Assembly: GCA_045532215.1 (NCBI GenBank)
Contig: JAZSFM010000061.1
Span: forward strand, 1 to 61,632
DNA: 61,632 bases
Direction of reading: 5' to 3'
Source of the DNA: Eubacteriales bacterium
GTDB taxonomy: Bacteria > Bacillota > Clostridia > Oscillospirales > CAG-272
Shown: in pieces, positions 61,604 through 61,632 of the stretch
How positions within the stretch are numbered: position 1 is the first letter of the stretch
How the letters are laid out: the number at the start of each line of letters is the position of its first letter
Notes under the pieces: generated by a model
The model's database searches: none
What the model was told of the DNA's origin: nothing
The model's input: the letters and a program-made list of their open reading frames with translations, nothing else
Made by a program: the position numbers and the translations under genes

Positions 61604-61632
61604 AAGTCGGATCGTAGCCATGTCGTTCTGTG
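61604..61632. other. MGI/BGI DNBSEQ adapter fragment; non-biological
   Basis: AAGTCGGATCGTAGCCATGTCGTTCTGTG is the 5' part of the read-2 adapter. Its last 18 nt equal window positions 1-18. Confidence 0.9.

Noticed and set aside
1-61632. Identical 18-nt sequence at both contig ends, suggesting a circular 61.6-kb plasmid or phage
   Set aside because: The overlap is entirely within MGI/BGI adapter sequence. The gene content is core chromosomal, and the junction truncates pcrA.

Overview
The window is a 61.6-kb contig from a spore-forming, Clostridia-type Firmicute. That placement is inferred from gene content: ylbJ, yqfC/yqfD, a SpoVM-like micro-ORF, rimP-nusA-ylxR-ylxQ-infB, and yqfC-yqfD-phoH-ybeY-era-recO-mutS2 synteny. 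Both contig ends are MGI/BGI DNBSEQ library adapter (1-73 and 61604-61632). Biological sequence is therefore about 74..61603, and the 18-nt terminal overlap is an artefact, not evidence of circularity. Most of the window is chromosomal housekeeping: translation and transcription factors, alaS, cca, folT-folC behind a THF riboswitch, queT behind a preQ1-I riboswitch, nfnAB and citrate synthase. I did not see a CRISPR array, integrase, reverse transcriptase, or a recognisable multi-gene defence system. The items most worth a second look are:
- A corrinoid protein followed by four URO-D-family methyltransferase paralogues (327-5226).
- A terminator-containing leader upstream of a GNAT gene (8136-8297).
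- A solitary MazF/EndoA toxin with a C-terminal tail and no antitoxin ORF (13685-14173).
- A secreted RCC1-repeat protein plus a stand-alone paralogue of its C-terminal module (35187-37418).
- A 229-bp palindromic MITE-like element (41811-42039), with a half copy at 44537-44656.
- A roughly 110-nt core repeated twice (44742-44848 and 52136-52244) whose differences between copies are compensatory in predicted stems, suggesting an unclassified structured RNA or DNA element.
- A CPBP / SdpR / DUF1648 / SdpI immunity-like island with twin palindromic operators (53874-56004).
- A pcrA gene carrying an in-frame TGA exactly where a conserved Trp is expected (61267-61269).
All family assignments come from reading motifs in the supplied translations. 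No database search was run.
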